Below the pieces are notes generated by a model, which ran no database searches, was not told the DNA's origin, and worked only from the letters and a program-made list of their open reading frames with translations. A stretch of DNA of 64,000 bases from an uncultured Verrucomicrobiota bacterium (GTDB lineage: Bacteria > Verrucomicrobiota > Kiritimatiellia > CAIVKH01). The stretch covers positions 1 through 64,000 of the forward strand of contig CALMUP010000005.1 in assembly GCA_937872895.1 (NCBI GenBank), written 5' to 3'. The translations under genes were made by a program, and so were the position numbers. This document shows, piece after piece, positions 1 to 9,808 of the stretch. Position 1 is the stretch's first letter. Every line of letters begins with the position of its first letter.

Positions 1-517
1 GGCACATCCGTTTTCGACGTGCCGGAGGGTCGAGCTCCCGCGAGACCGATTCAACGCCAAGGCTTATGTAAACGATTCCTGACGCGACGCACTGGATCTG
101 AATAGGGGCAAGATGATGATCCCTGCCTTTATCGGCGAGCGAAGCGAGACGATGCGTGACCACCTGGATTCTTCAGGTATCCCGCACCAGCGGGATAGCA
201 GAACGGTTGCCGGATTTGCCGTGATTTCAAGGCGGAGCAGCGGGGGCAGGACTCGTGTCCGCCCCCGCTGCTCCAACGCAGAAAGCGCGGTGAATCCGGC
301 AGCCGTTCTGCGGCCTGAAGAATCCAGGTATCATCAAATACCGCGCTCTTGGCCTCTCGCTTGCAGGATGACTATATTCAGATCAGAAACCCAGGCCTGC
401 GCCCGGCTTGACCACGGCGCCGCGATTGATCATCGCTTTCGCGCCACAATCTATGTATGATGGCCTTTTAAGGAAGCACCCATTACCACCTACACCATCC
501 GCGAACTGGCCGAACGT

Positions 518-1513
518 TTGTCAGGCACCCTGGCCGGTGACGCAACCCTCGACATCCACGGCATCGAACAGATTGAACGCGCCGCTGCCGGCCAGCTCAC
601 CTTCATCGGTTCCCGCAGCTACCTCCCCCAGTGGGAGACCTCCCGCGCATCCGCCGCGATCGTCAACGCCGACCTCCCTGTCGAACCCGGCCCCGGCCGC
701 GCCCTGATCCGGGTGGCCAACGCCGATCTGGCCATGGCCGAAGCCCTCGCCTTGTTCGAGCTGCCTGCCGCCACCCTGCCCGCCGGTATCCATGCCTCCG
801 CCCACGTCGATCCGACCGCCACCATCGGCCAAGGCGCATACATCGGCGCCGGCTGTTATATCGGGCCCGGCGTGCGCATCGGCCAAGGCACCCGGCTGTA
901 CCCGAATGTCACCATCCTCGATGAAACCGTCATCGGCGACGGCTGCGTGTTGTGGCCCGGCGTGGTCGTGCGCGACCGCTGCCGGATCGGCCACGGCTGC
1001 ATCCTGCATGCCGGCGTGTCCATCGGGGCCGACGGCTTCGGCTACCGGCCGTCCGCCGACCGGCGCAGCCTCGTCAAGATTCCCCACATCGGCTCGGTGG
1101 AGATCGGCAACGGGGTCGAGATCGGGGCCAACAGTTGCGTGGACCGGGGTAAATTCAGCGCCACCGTCATCGGCGACGGCACCAAGATCGACAACCTCGT
1201 GCAGATCGGACACAACTGCCGCATCGGGCGTTGTTGTGTCATCGCCGCCTGCACCGGCGTCGCCGGCTCCGTCACCATGGGCGACGGCGTGATGGTCGGC
1301 GGTTGCGTGGCCATCAAGGACCACACCACCATCGGCAGCGGTGCCCGCATCGGCGGCGGCTCCGGTGTCACCGCCGATGTGCCCGCCGGCCAGACCGTGG
1401 TCGGTTACCCCGCCCGCGAACACCAGGAAACATTGCGCCAATGGGCGGCCTTGAAGAAATTGCCGGAACACCTGCGCGCCGCCCGCGGCCGCACCGGCAA
1501 CGAGAGCCCATAA
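518..1513 (+). CDS. lpxD: UDP-3-O-acylglucosamine N-acyltransferase (LpxD)
   Basis: Hexapeptide-repeat (left-handed beta-helix) protein; N-terminus '..TIRELAERL..GDATL.I.GI' and overall layout match LpxD. The annotated start is TTG; similarity continues upstream to about 482 with no ATG, so the true start is uncertain. Confidence 0.85.
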   Translation: MSGTLAGDATLDIHGIEQIERAAAGQLTFIGSRSYLPQWETSRASAAIVNADLPVEPGPGRALIRVANADLAMAEALALFELPAATLPAGIHASAHVDPTATIGQGAYIGAGCYIGPGVRIGQGTRLYPNVTILDETVIGDGCVLWPGVVVRDRCRIGHGCILHAGVSIGADGFGYRPSADRRSLVKIPHIGSVEIGNGVEIGANSCVDRGKFSATVIGDGTKIDNLVQIGHNCRIGRCCVIAACTGVAGSVTMGDGVMVGGCVAIKDHTTIGSGARIGGGSGVTADVPAGQTVVGYPAREHQETLRQWAALKKLPEHLRAARGRTGNESP

Positions 1514-1569
1514 TCGCACTCGCCATGTCGCCACCGGCACGTTACGGTTTTGGTAAGAAGGAGCATACC

Positions 1570-1719
1570 ATGAAATCGATCATGATCGCCCTGTCCATCG
1601 CCGCCATCGCCCTGTGCAGCGGCTGCTGCAGCATCTGCTCGAAGAAATCCGAATCGGCCTGCAACTGCAAAGGTGGCGCCGACTGCACCTGTGCCGAGAA
1701 CTGCACCTGCAAGAGCTGA
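1570..1719 (+). CDS. Small secreted Cys-rich peptide, metallothionein-like (49 aa)
   Basis: ATG at 1570 preceded by AAGGAG; signal peptide MKSIMIALSIAAIALCSG; mature ~31 aa with 9 Cys in CxC/CC motifs (CNCKGGADCTCAENCTCK). Confidence 0.5.
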   Translation: MKSIMIALSIAAIALCSGCCSICSKKSESACNCKGGADCTCAENCTCKS

Positions 1720-1729
1720 AGCACCCGCC

Positions 1730-4700
1730 TCAGCGATAGGCAGACATGCTGATCTGTTGCTGCATCATCTGCACAAGCTCCCGGATCACCTCGTGATACG
1801 CGATCATCGCGCCCGGAGTCCGGATCGAATCGTTCGATGAGATGCGGAACGAGGGCCGGTACCGACCCCTTCGCCGGGCATCGCCTTCCATCTTTTTCTC
1901 CTCCTCGAGACGTTGCGCGCTGGCCGCCAAGGGATACACCTGCTTAGGCGGTTCAGGGACCTTCGCCCGGGTCGCCTCGACGACCCGCCACAAGGCGCGC
2001 AGGTCGTGCACCTGATCGATGTCCGGTCGCCCGTGGCGGGACAACGGATCAAGCCGTAACGCCGTGAAGACCACGGCATCCCGATCCTCAACCGGAACCT
2101 GCATGTACTCCCCCAGTTCGCCCATCTTCTTCCACGCATTCAGGTAATCCGGCGCACGTTCCGTCGCCTGCCGGAACGAATCCAGCGCCTCCGCATAACG
2201 GCCCTGTTCCATCCGCAGGTATCCAAGCAGGTAATGGACCTGCGGCTTTTCCGGGTTCTGCTCGACCAGGGACGTGAAGACGCGCTCGGCGATTCCCTGC
2301 GCCCGCGGACTGTCAAACGCGCCTTCGCACCCGAAACAGTGACTTTCCACCTTCCCGAAACTGTCCGGCATCAACTCATAGGCTCGCTGGTAATGACGCT
2401 CCGCCTCGTCCAGGCGACCGAGCTCCTCCAGTTGAATCGCCATGCGCGACTGGATGCAATACGCATCGGCAAAATACCCCAACGCTTCCTCGTAGAGAGC
2501 CACCCCGCGCGCGATCAAGCCGGCGTCGTAAAACGCATCCGCCTCCTCCGACAACCGGATGGCCCGGATCACCCCGGCCAGGAATGCCGCCTGCTCACCG
2601 TCACCCTGCGCCTCGGCCATGGCACCCAACTCCTCGTACACGCGCATCCGGGTACCCCGACCCTGTTCACCATCCGACGGATCCACCGCAACGGCCTGTT
2701 GCGCCACGGCCTTGGCCGCATCCAGTTGACCGTCGAGCCGGAGCAGATGGGCTTTCCAGATCAACGGCCGTTCCTCGTATGGATCAAGCGCATACAGGCG
2801 GTCGAGGTGCTCCACTGCAGCCAGGCCCTTGATGGCCACGAACCGCTCATAGGCCGGATCATACCCGCCCCTGCGCAGCAGCTCCGCCTCGAGAATCCGT
2901 ACCGCCTCGGCTTCCCTTCCGGCGGCACGCAGGGCATCCGCAGCGATCACGGAAATCGACGGAAACGATTCGCTCTTTCCCCCGAAGCCATACCCGAAAT
3001 ACGACCCGGCGAGGTCGGCCAGATCGGCCACGCCCCACCACGGGTTGCGGTCGAGCAACACCACCACATCATCAAACCGCCCGGCGGCATGGTACAATCC
3101 CGCCAGCGTCGCCATATCCTGCATCATCCCGTAACTGGACATGAAGCCATAGTCTGAATCCCGGGCGGCCCGATGTTCCTTCAGGCTTTGCTGAAGCAGG
3201 GCCTCGGCCTCGGGTCCGCGTCCGGTCGCCACCAGCAGGTGGACCAGCGATGACACGTCGCTGCTCCCGAATCCGCGTTCCCGACCCGGCGCAAACAGCA
3301 AGGCCTGCGCGGCCGCCAGCCCTTCCTCGACCCAGGATTCCTGCTGCAACAGCCGACCCAGGCGGGCCAAGGTCAACCCGAGCTCAACCGCCGTTTCCTT
3401 CTGGTTGTTTACCGCATCGGCCAGACGCGAACGCAACAGCGCCACGCCTTCATCGACCTGATCAACGGCAAGGCGGGCATCCTGCAACAACGCATCGAGT
3501 TCCTCGCGCTGCTCCTGCGACACCTGCTCGCTCGCGGCGTACCGATCGACAAACGCCACCATCGCATCACCCTTCCCGAGTTTGACCGACACGTGCATGT
3601 AGTACTTCCAGAAGGGCCGGCCGGGATCCTCCTCCAGCACACGCTCCAGCCACTGCTGGACCTGCCCGGTGTAGCCGTATTGCTCCAATTGCCGGAACAC
3701 ATCATCAGACAGGACCTGCTCGCGCATCGTCTCGGGGATGGCCGCAGCGACGCGGTGCGCATCCTCGATCCGGTCGGCCACGATCAACCCGAGCAGGTAA
3801 TATCCCTGCGCCGTGCGAAATGCCCGCTGCCGCGGTGAACGCTCCAGATCGCGCGCGACCGAGCCGCGGACCGACCGGCTCAACGAACCCATGACCTGCC
3901 GGAACATCGTGTTCATGGTGACGAGTTCCTTGCCCGCCGGATCCTTGGCCACGTCGCCCTCCGGGAACGCCTGCTGCAACGCCTCGAACAGGTTCAGGCC
4001 ATCCAGGGAATGGGCCATCGCCCACTGCGGTGACCGCATCTGCGGCACCAGTTCCACGGCGAGTTCACGGGCCAATTGTTTGGTCGCCGATCCGTGGCGG
4101 ATGGTTACCGTCGTGTTCGGAAGCACCAGGGCCTGCCGCAGCAAACGCTCCGCCTCCTCAGCCCCCAGCAGGGTCACCAGGTCGGGAAGCTGGAGTTCCT
4201 CCTCGTCCTCGTCGCCCACCTGACGCGCCGCGATGTCCTGCTCGAGAAAAGCCACCACCATCGACGCATCACCGGCAATCAACGCCTTTGCCTTCATGAC
4301 CTTGACGACGTGATCGACCAGGTAGGAACCAAACCCCTCCTTGCCTTCATCCCCAAGGCGCTTGATCAGCGACTCCGCCTCGGTCATGAAAGCACCGGTC
4401 TGCCCGGTCAGCGTATGGACCAGCATCCGCAACAGGGATTCCAGGGACCGCCGGGCCGGGTCCTTCGGTTCGGGACGGGCATCGACCAATCCCGCCAACG
4501 CATCCCACGCTTCGGGCGACGGCAAGGCCAGGATCAGCCGGGCCATGGACGGCGCCTGATCCTCGGACGATGCGAACGCGACCAGATCCTGGCGTCGAAG
4601 GGAAAGCAACCGGTCATACAAGTCCAGCCAGGCGCGGGCCGCTTCATCCGCAGCAAGCGCGGAAGCGCCATCCTCCAACGCCTTCAGGTCATTCAGCCAG

Positions 4701-4843
4701 ACGGTGGCACCATCGGCCTTCTCCACCGGAGCAGGCTCGACCGCCAACGAAGCCAGCAGCTTTTCCGCGCCCAGGTAGTCGGCCCATCCGGCACCCGCTC
4801 CCATCAAACCGAGCAACACCCATCCACACGTACGCATCCTCAT
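1730..4843 (-). CDS. Large secreted TPR-repeat protein (1037 aa)
   Basis: N-terminal signal peptide (MRMRTCGWVLLGLMGAGAGWA); long coherent ORF with recurring TPR-like A/L/Y/G helical repeats. Confidence 0.7.
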   Translation of the reverse strand: MRMRTCGWVLLGLMGAGAGWADYLGAEKLLASLAVEPAPVEKADGATVWLNDLKALEDGASALAADEAARAWLDLYDRLLSLRRQDLVAFASSEDQAPSMARLILALPSPEAWDALAGLVDARPEPKDPARRSLESLLRMLVHTLTGQTGAFMTEAESLIKRLGDEGKEGFGSYLVDHVVKVMKAKALIAGDASMVVAFLEQDIAARQVGDEDEEELQLPDLVTLLGAEEAERLLRQALVLPNTTVTIRHGSATKQLARELAVELVPQMRSPQWAMAHSLDGLNLFEALQQAFPEGDVAKDPAGKELVTMNTMFRQVMGSLSRSVRGSVARDLERSPRQRAFRTAQGYYLLGLIVADRIEDAHRVAAAIPETMREQVLSDDVFRQLEQYGYTGQVQQWLERVLEEDPGRPFWKYYMHVSVKLGKGDAMVAFVDRYAASEQVSQEQREELDALLQDARLAVDQVDEGVALLRSRLADAVNNQKETAVELGLTLARLGRLLQQESWVEEGLAAAQALLFAPGRERGFGSSDVSSLVHLLVATGRGPEAEALLQQSLKEHRAARDSDYGFMSSYGMMQDMATLAGLYHAAGRFDDVVVLLDRNPWWGVADLADLAGSYFGYGFGGKSESFPSISVIAADALRAAGREAEAVRILEAELLRRGGYDPAYERFVAIKGLAAVEHLDRLYALDPYEERPLIWKAHLLRLDGQLDAAKAVAQQAVAVDPSDGEQGRGTRMRVYEELGAMAEAQGDGEQAAFLAGVIRAIRLSEEADAFYDAGLIARGVALYEEALGYFADAYCIQSRMAIQLEELGRLDEAERHYQRAYELMPDSFGKVESHCFGCEGAFDSPRAQGIAERVFTSLVEQNPEKPQVHYLLGYLRMEQGRYAEALDSFRQATERAPDYLNAWKKMGELGEYMQVPVEDRDAVVFTALRLDPLSRHGRPDIDQVHDLRALWRVVEATRAKVPEPPKQVYPLAASAQRLEEEKKMEGDARRRGRYRPSFRISSNDSIRTPGAMIAYHEVIRELVQMMQQQISMSAYR

Positions 4844-4997
4844 GGCAGACCCTCCTTGCCTTGTTTACGAACGAATCACCTCCACCTGCACATCAACGCG
4901 GACCGGTAACGGTGCTGAGCGATGGATCAGCACCCCCTTGCTGCATCCGACAACCGCCGGACCGGCCATCAGCGGACGAACCCGCCGGGATCACGGG

Positions 4998-5381
4998 TCA
5001 GAAGATCGAGTTGTCTTCTTCCTTCCAACGTACCGTAACCGGATGAATGGTATCCTTCATGAAGTCGATGGTCAGCGAGCCCGGCTTCTGGTTGTCCTTT
5101 TCAGCATTCGTGAACTTCACCTTGTGCGTGCCGGTCGGGACATCGTAGTCGCGGGTTTCGCCCGGAGCGACCGTGCCCAGGTAGTCGCCATCGAAATAGA
5201 CATTCGTGATGTCGTCCGACACGATCACGCGCAGGGTTGATTCGCCGGAGATGGCGACCGGTGCACCCGGCTTGTTATCCTTGTCCTCGCCGCCACCACT
5301 GTCGCAGCCAACCCCCATGGCAGACACCAACATCATGCCCAGCACCACCACCGACCTCAACCAGGGACCACGGACCTTCAT
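4998..5381 (-). CDS. Putative lipoprotein (hypothetical)
   Basis: Signal peptide ending ...AMGVGC, then a Cys; small beta-rich periplasmic-looking domain. Confidence 0.5.
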   Translation of the reverse strand: MKVRGPWLRSVVVLGMMLVSAMGVGCDSGGGEDKDNKPGAPVAISGESTLRVIVSDDITNVYFDGDYLGTVAPGETRDYDVPTGTHKVKFTNAEKDNQKPGSLTIDFMKDTIHPVTVRWKEEDNSIF

Positions 5382-5420
5382 GGGTTACTCCTTTTGTATG
5401 TCTTAACACGGTGCGTTCGA

Positions 5421-6854
5421 TCAAGCGACTCCGCCAGGCGCGGCCGGTTTCGCAGGCGCGGCCGCCGCGGCCTTCGGATCTTCGATCACCCGGCCCAGGT
5501 ACGCGGGCAATTCGACGCCGGCCATCGCGGCAATGTCCTGCAGGGGCGGCACGCTCTTGATCAGGTTCGAGACGAAGTTGGACGTGGAGGAACCCTTGCC
5601 GTCACCCGCCCCGGAATCCCAGACGGTGATCTTGTCGATCTTCAGCTTGCTGATCGCCTCGACCTGGCGGGCCACCAGATCCTCGAGTTTCTCGACGAGC
5701 AGGAAGGTCGCAGCCGCCTTGGCGTCGCCGCCGCAACTCTCGACCAGCACCTGGTAACCCGCCGCCTTGCCTTCCAGCACCTGCTGCACACCCTTGGCCT
5801 CGGCCTCGAACTTCATCAGGATTGCATCGGCATCGCCCCGCGCCTCGCGGCGCACCTTCTCGGCATTCGCCTCGGCCATGATCTCGATGTTGCGCTTCTC
5901 GATCTCGCGCTTCACCACTTCCTCGGCGGTCAGGCGCTCCTGCTCGGCCCGGTACTGCGCCTTCTGGATCTCCACCATCGCTTCGCGCTTGGCCACTTCG
6001 GAAAGCTGCATCGCCGCCGCCTGCTTGACCACCAGGGCGGCATTGGCATCGGCAATGTTCGCCCGGGCCTTGTTTTCGCCCTCGACCGCCTCGGCCTCCT
6101 GTCCCTCGACATAGATACGCTGCATCGCCTCGGCCTTCTTTTCGCCCTTCGCCGCCTCGGCCAGGTTCTCGGCCACGCGGATGGTCCGCACCCGCACCGC
6201 CTCGGCCTCGCCGATCGCACCGGTCTTGTCCTGTTCAGCCACATCGACCTTGGCGCGGTTGATCGCCTCCGCCGCCGCCTTCTTGCCGATGCTCTCGATG
6301 TACTGCGACTCGTCGGTGATGTCGGTAATGTTGACGTTGATCAGGTACAACCCGACCTTGTTCAGCTCGGGCTCGACGTTCTTGCGGATCGACTCGAGGA
6401 AGCTTTCGCGGTCCTGGTTGATCTGCTCGATGGTCAGGGACGCGACGGTCAGGCGGAGCTGGCCGAAGATGATCTCCTTCACCATGTCCTCGATCGCATG
6501 CTTGGGCAGCCCGAGCAAACGCTCGGCCGCATTGTTCATGATCGACGGATCGGTGCTGATACCGACGGTGAACGTGCTGGGCACGTTGATGCGGATGTTC
6601 TGGAGCGACAGCGCATTCTGCAGCGGGATCCCGATGGTCATCGGCGTCAGGCTCAGGAACGCATAATCCTGGATCAACGGCCACACCAACGCACCGCCAC
6701 CGTGCATACAGACACTCGACTGGTTGCCGGACACCTTGCCGTAGATGACCAGGATCTGGTCCGACGGACACCGCTTGTACCGGGTGGCCAGGAAGACCAC
6801 GGTGGAAATAATCAGGACGGCAAAGGCAATAATGATCAACGGCCACATATCCAT
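5421..6854 (-). CDS. Flotillin-family SPFH/band-7 protein (YqiK-like)
   Basis: N-terminal TM (MDMWPLIIIAFAVLIIS), SPFH domain, long Ala/Glu/Lys-rich coiled-coil region. Start placed at ATG 6854 with a GAGGAG RBS; the ORF-track start at 6953 is likely an over-extension. Confidence 0.85.
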   Translation of the reverse strand: MDMWPLIIIAFAVLIISTVVFLATRYKRCPSDQILVIYGKVSGNQSSVCMHGGGALVWPLIQDYAFLSLTPMTIGIPLQNALSLQNIRINVPSTFTVGISTDPSIMNNAAERLLGLPKHAIEDMVKEIIFGQLRLTVASLTIEQINQDRESFLESIRKNVEPELNKVGLYLINVNITDITDESQYIESIGKKAAAEAINRAKVDVAEQDKTGAIGEAEAVRVRTIRVAENLAEAAKGEKKAEAMQRIYVEGQEAEAVEGENKARANIADANAALVVKQAAAMQLSEVAKREAMVEIQKAQYRAEQERLTAEEVVKREIEKRNIEIMAEANAEKVRREARGDADAILMKFEAEAKGVQQVLEGKAAGYQVLVESCGGDAKAAATFLLVEKLEDLVARQVEAISKLKIDKITVWDSGAGDGKGSSTSNFVSNLIKSVPPLQDIAAMAGVELPAYLGRVIEDPKAAAAAPAKPAAPGGVA

Positions 6855-6873
6855 GGTCAGCTCCTCGGGATGG

Positions 6874-7428
6874 TTAAACCTTGCGTACGGAAAGCGTGTT
6901 GCCGGCAATGATGCGGACCACCTTGACCCGCGCCCCGGTGGGAATCTCCACACCGTCCTCCGCGACCGCGTTCAGGTGGCGGAGCCGGTTCTGGAAACTG
7001 ATCTGCACCTGGCCCGATTGTCCGGCGCGGATCGTCAGGTACACCGTACCCTCCTGACCCACGGCGTTTTCAATGCGCTCGGTGCCATCGGCCTGCAACC
7101 GCTTCATGAAGACAAACAACCTGCTGATAAACCAGGTCGTGAATACGCCGGCAACGGCACCGCTGCCCACGGCCACCAGGTGCGACGCACCGTGTTGGCG
7201 TGAAAGGGTAAACGCGACCAGGCCGAACATCATGAAAAACGCGGTCAAGCCCTGCAGCGAGATGAACTTGAAGCTGATATCCGCATCAGCCAGGCCGGTA
7301 TGGCTGTCCCCGCCATCGATTCCGAGCAGCATAAGCACGGTCTGGAGGAGGAACATTGCCCCGCCAAACAGGGCACACCCGATGTAGAACTTCTCGATCG
7401 CCGTCAACCCAGCAAAAAATTCCACCAT
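6874..7428 (-). CDS. NfeD-family membrane protein (YqiJ-like), flotillin partner
   Basis: Multi-TM N-terminus plus C-terminal soluble OB-fold-like region; immediately upstream of and co-oriented with the flotillin gene (classic nfeD-flotillin operon). Confidence 0.75.
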   Translation of the reverse strand: MVEFFAGLTAIEKFYIGCALFGGAMFLLQTVLMLLGIDGGDSHTGLADADISFKFISLQGLTAFFMMFGLVAFTLSRQHGASHLVAVGSGAVAGVFTTWFISRLFVFMKRLQADGTERIENAVGQEGTVYLTIRAGQSGQVQISFQNRLRHLNAVAEDGVEIPTGARVKVVRIIAGNTLSVRKV

Positions 7429-7541
7429 GACCAGCCTCCTTGGTCGATCGCCGCATCGTACCGTGCAGCGTTTCCTTGTGCGTCCATGATAGGGTAAAGC
7501 GGATGACCGGGCGAGCGAAAAGGACCCGCGGAGACCAGAAA

Positions 7542-8087
7542 TCAGACCAACAACCGTCCCCGGAAGCCGCGTGCGGCGTAGTAGGACTGCGCGCCGTTGT
7601 GGTAGATGAAGACCCGGCCGTACCGGTAGTCACCAAACAAGGCACCGCCCAGCGCGCGCAGTTCCGCCGGTGTCCTGAGCCAACTGGAGGTCTTGGTGTC
7701 GAACGTCCCCACCCGCTGCAAGGCCCGGTACTGCTCCTCGTCGAGCAATTCGACCCCCAGCGCCGCCGCCGCATCCACCGCATTGCCCGCCGGTTGATGC
7801 TCCTTGCGCGAGGCCCACCCCTCCCGGTCGTAACACAAGCTGCGCCGTCCGGCCGGACTCTCCGCCGCACAATCGCAGAACACCACCTTGCCCGATCCGG
7901 CCTCGACGCCGATCACATCCGGCTCCCCGCCCGAGGCCTCCATCGCCGCCAACACCCGCACCGCTTCCGGACGTTTGGCCAGCCGCGCCGCCACCACCGC
8001 CCACGCCACGCCCTCGTGGCGCTCCGGGTGCCGCTCGAACCGCGCCGCGAGCACCGACAGGAACTCCGATTCCTTCTTCTTGCTCAT
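7542..8087 (-). CDS. DUF4256-family protein
   Basis: Sequence closely follows the DUF4256 pattern (..GGEPDV.G......F.DC.AESP.GRRSLCYDRE....RKEH.P...A.D.A...G.ELL.E..YR.LQ..G.FDTKTSSW..TP...R.LGGALF.D.RY..VF.YHNGA.SYYA.RGFRG.L.V). Confidence 0.7.
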   Translation of the reverse strand: MSKKKESEFLSVLAARFERHPERHEGVAWAVVAARLAKRPEAVRVLAAMEASGGEPDVIGVEAGSGKVVFCDCAAESPAGRRSLCYDREGWASRKEHQPAGNAVDAAAALGVELLDEEQYRALQRVGTFDTKTSSWLRTPAELRALGGALFGDYRYGRVFIYHNGAQSYYAARGFRGRLLV

Positions 8088-8100
8088 CGAGCCCCCTTGT

Positions 8101-8421
8101 TCACTTGACCTTGATCTTCGCCAACACCCGCTCTGGATCGCGCTCGACCGCCTCGCGGCAGTGCTCGGCGCAACAATGAAGGCTGTACTCCTGCAGCTTC
8201 GCCGTGATCGACGCCTTGCCCTTCATACCGAGCCGGCAGTTGGCGCAATCCTCCACCACCAGGTCCACCGTCCCGTCGTGCGCGTCCGCATACGCCAACA
8301 CCGCCACCGCCTGTTCCGACAACGTAACCGGCCCGGCCTCCGCCCCACGCTCCTCCCGACCCGGCCCGCAGCCCGCCGCCAGCAAGGCGACGCCAAACCA
8401 CCACGCATGTGTCATTCTCAT
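8101..8421 (-). CDS. Cys-rich putative lipoprotein (possible YHS/TRASH-like metal-binding domain)
   Basis: Signal plus LLAAGC lipobox; CxxC ... Y..HCCAEHC motif resembling YHS/TRASH metal-binding domains; 13 bp upstream of the DUF4256 gene on the same strand. Confidence 0.4.
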   Translation of the reverse strand: MRMTHAWWFGVALLAAGCGPGREERGAEAGPVTLSEQAVAVLAYADAHDGTVDLVVEDCANCRLGMKGKASITAKLQEYSLHCCAEHCREAVERDPERVLAKIKVK

Positions 8422-8564
8422 TCAGGAACCTTACTCCCCACTCAATCGCCCTGGCAATGCCGGACTCGGACCCTGTGCCGCCAACGACTTCGCGGTCTCT
8501 CTGGTAAAATAGAATGTAACCGACCGGATGCTCCGCGCGAATCAGAGGAAAAGGAACCGCCATC

Positions 8565-9158
8565 ATGAATACGAACACACCTACCCGCTCCACCTCACCG
8601 ATACTCCAACAAGGGCAACGATGGTCCCGCTTCGCCCCGCTGCTTATCGCCACGGCCGGGACCATCTTCCTGCTGGCCCGTCCCGGCGCATGCCCGTCGG
8701 GTGGTTGCGCCCTGACCGCCGCCCTAGCCGGAATCACGCCGGATCCGGTGACGGATGCATCACCGGGTTGGCGCTTTACCGCCCTCAACGGCACAACCTA
8801 CTCCGACGAGTCGCAACAGGGACACATCACCGTCATCGCATACTGGGCCACCTGGTGCCCACCCTGCCGCAAGGAAATCCCCGTGCTCACGGGTGTACAC
8901 GAACGATTCCGCGAACGTGGCGTGACTGTGCTCGGCGTCTCGATGGATGAACTTCCCTCCGAAACCCTCGCCTCCAAGGCAAACGACCTCGGCATTGCCT
9001 ACCCGGTGATCCAAGGCGAAAGCGCACCGCTATTTTTCGGTCCCATCGACGCCATCCCCACCCTGGTAATCCTTGACCGGGAGGGCCGGGTAGCCCTTCG
9101 CCACACCGGTTTCCTTCCGGCCAGGGATCTGGACAAAGCCATCACCCAACTCCTGTAA
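8565..9158 (+). CDS. TlpA/ResA-like thiol-disulfide oxidoreductase (thioredoxin fold)
   Basis: Signal/TM N-terminus, WCPPC active-site motif, AhpC/TSA-TlpA family layout. Confidence 0.8.
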   Translation: MNTNTPTRSTSPILQQGQRWSRFAPLLIATAGTIFLLARPGACPSGGCALTAALAGITPDPVTDASPGWRFTALNGTTYSDESQQGHITVIAYWATWCPPCRKEIPVLTGVHERFRERGVTVLGVSMDELPSETLASKANDLGIAYPVIQGESAPLFFGPIDAIPTLVILDREGRVALRHTGFLPARDLDKAITQLL

Positions 9159-9179
9159 CCCCACGAAAGGAATTCCACC

Positions 9180-9740
9180 ATGACCGCAAACCTGCTCCGT
9201 ATCGGTACCCTGATCGCCGCCTTCGTCCTCCACGCCCACGCGGCACCTCTCACCCTGACCAGCCACCGAATTACCTGGTCCGGATCCATGCCCATCCAGA
9301 CCCACAGCGGCACCATCACGCCCGACACGGTACATGCCACCGTGGACAACGATTCCCTCACCGAATTACGCGTCACCATCGACATGGCATCGATCCGTAA
9401 CGAGGACATCAGGAAGGAAAGCTCCCGCCGCAAACTCGAAGGCCACCTGCGCAGCGCCGATTTCTTCCACGTCGATCAGTTCCCGCAGGCGACGTTCGTC
9501 ATGAACACGTTCGATGGTTCAACCCTCTCCGGCGATCTTACCATCCGGGGGGTCACCCGGCCCGTGACGATGCCCGCCTCGCTGACCCGCACGGATTCCG
9601 GAGGCTGGCGACTCGCAACAACCTTCACCTTCAATCGACAGGATTTTAACGTGAACTACCAGAACAGCGGGCTCTTCGGCACAGCCAAGAACAAATTGAT
9701 CGCCGATGACGTCACGGTCGGCATTGATCTCACCTTCTGA
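9180..9740 (+). CDS. YceI-family periplasmic protein
   Basis: Signal peptide; YceI-like beta-barrel pattern (..ADFF.V..FP.A.F......G.....G.LT..GVT.PV......). Confidence 0.8.
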   Translation: MTANLLRIGTLIAAFVLHAHAAPLTLTSHRITWSGSMPIQTHSGTITPDTVHATVDNDSLTELRVTIDMASIRNEDIRKESSRRKLEGHLRSADFFHVDQFPQATFVMNTFDGSTLSGDLTIRGVTRPVTMPASLTRTDSGGWRLATTFTFNRQDFNVNYQNSGLFGTAKNKLIADDVTVGIDLTF

Positions 9741-9808
9741 ATGCTCAGCACGACCCGGCCCTCCGGCACTTCCATTGAACAACCCCGCAGCGCCACGGTC
9801 GAAGCCGC

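Noticed and set aside
1-517. rRNA, RNase P, tmRNA or SRP RNA at window start
   Set aside because: Compared by eye with the conserved cores of 5S/23S 3' ends, RNase P P4, the tmRNA tag region and SRP domain IV; no convincing match. Reported only as an unclassified structured region.
521-1540. Long antisense ORFs overlapping real genes throughout the window (e.g. 521-1540 minus, 12399-15011 minus, 15269-17152 minus, 26254-27609 plus, 27821-29536 plus, 31611-32894 plus, 46724-48157 plus)
   Set aside because: Typical stop-codon-poor shadow frames of a high-GC genome. Their translations are Arg/Ala/Gly/Pro-rich low-complexity, and each lies opposite a gene with clear homology.
8084-8794. 236-aa ORF on minus strand spanning the lipoprotein gene and the TlpA-like gene start
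   Set aside because: Overlaps two better-supported genes on both strands; composition is GC-artefact-like.
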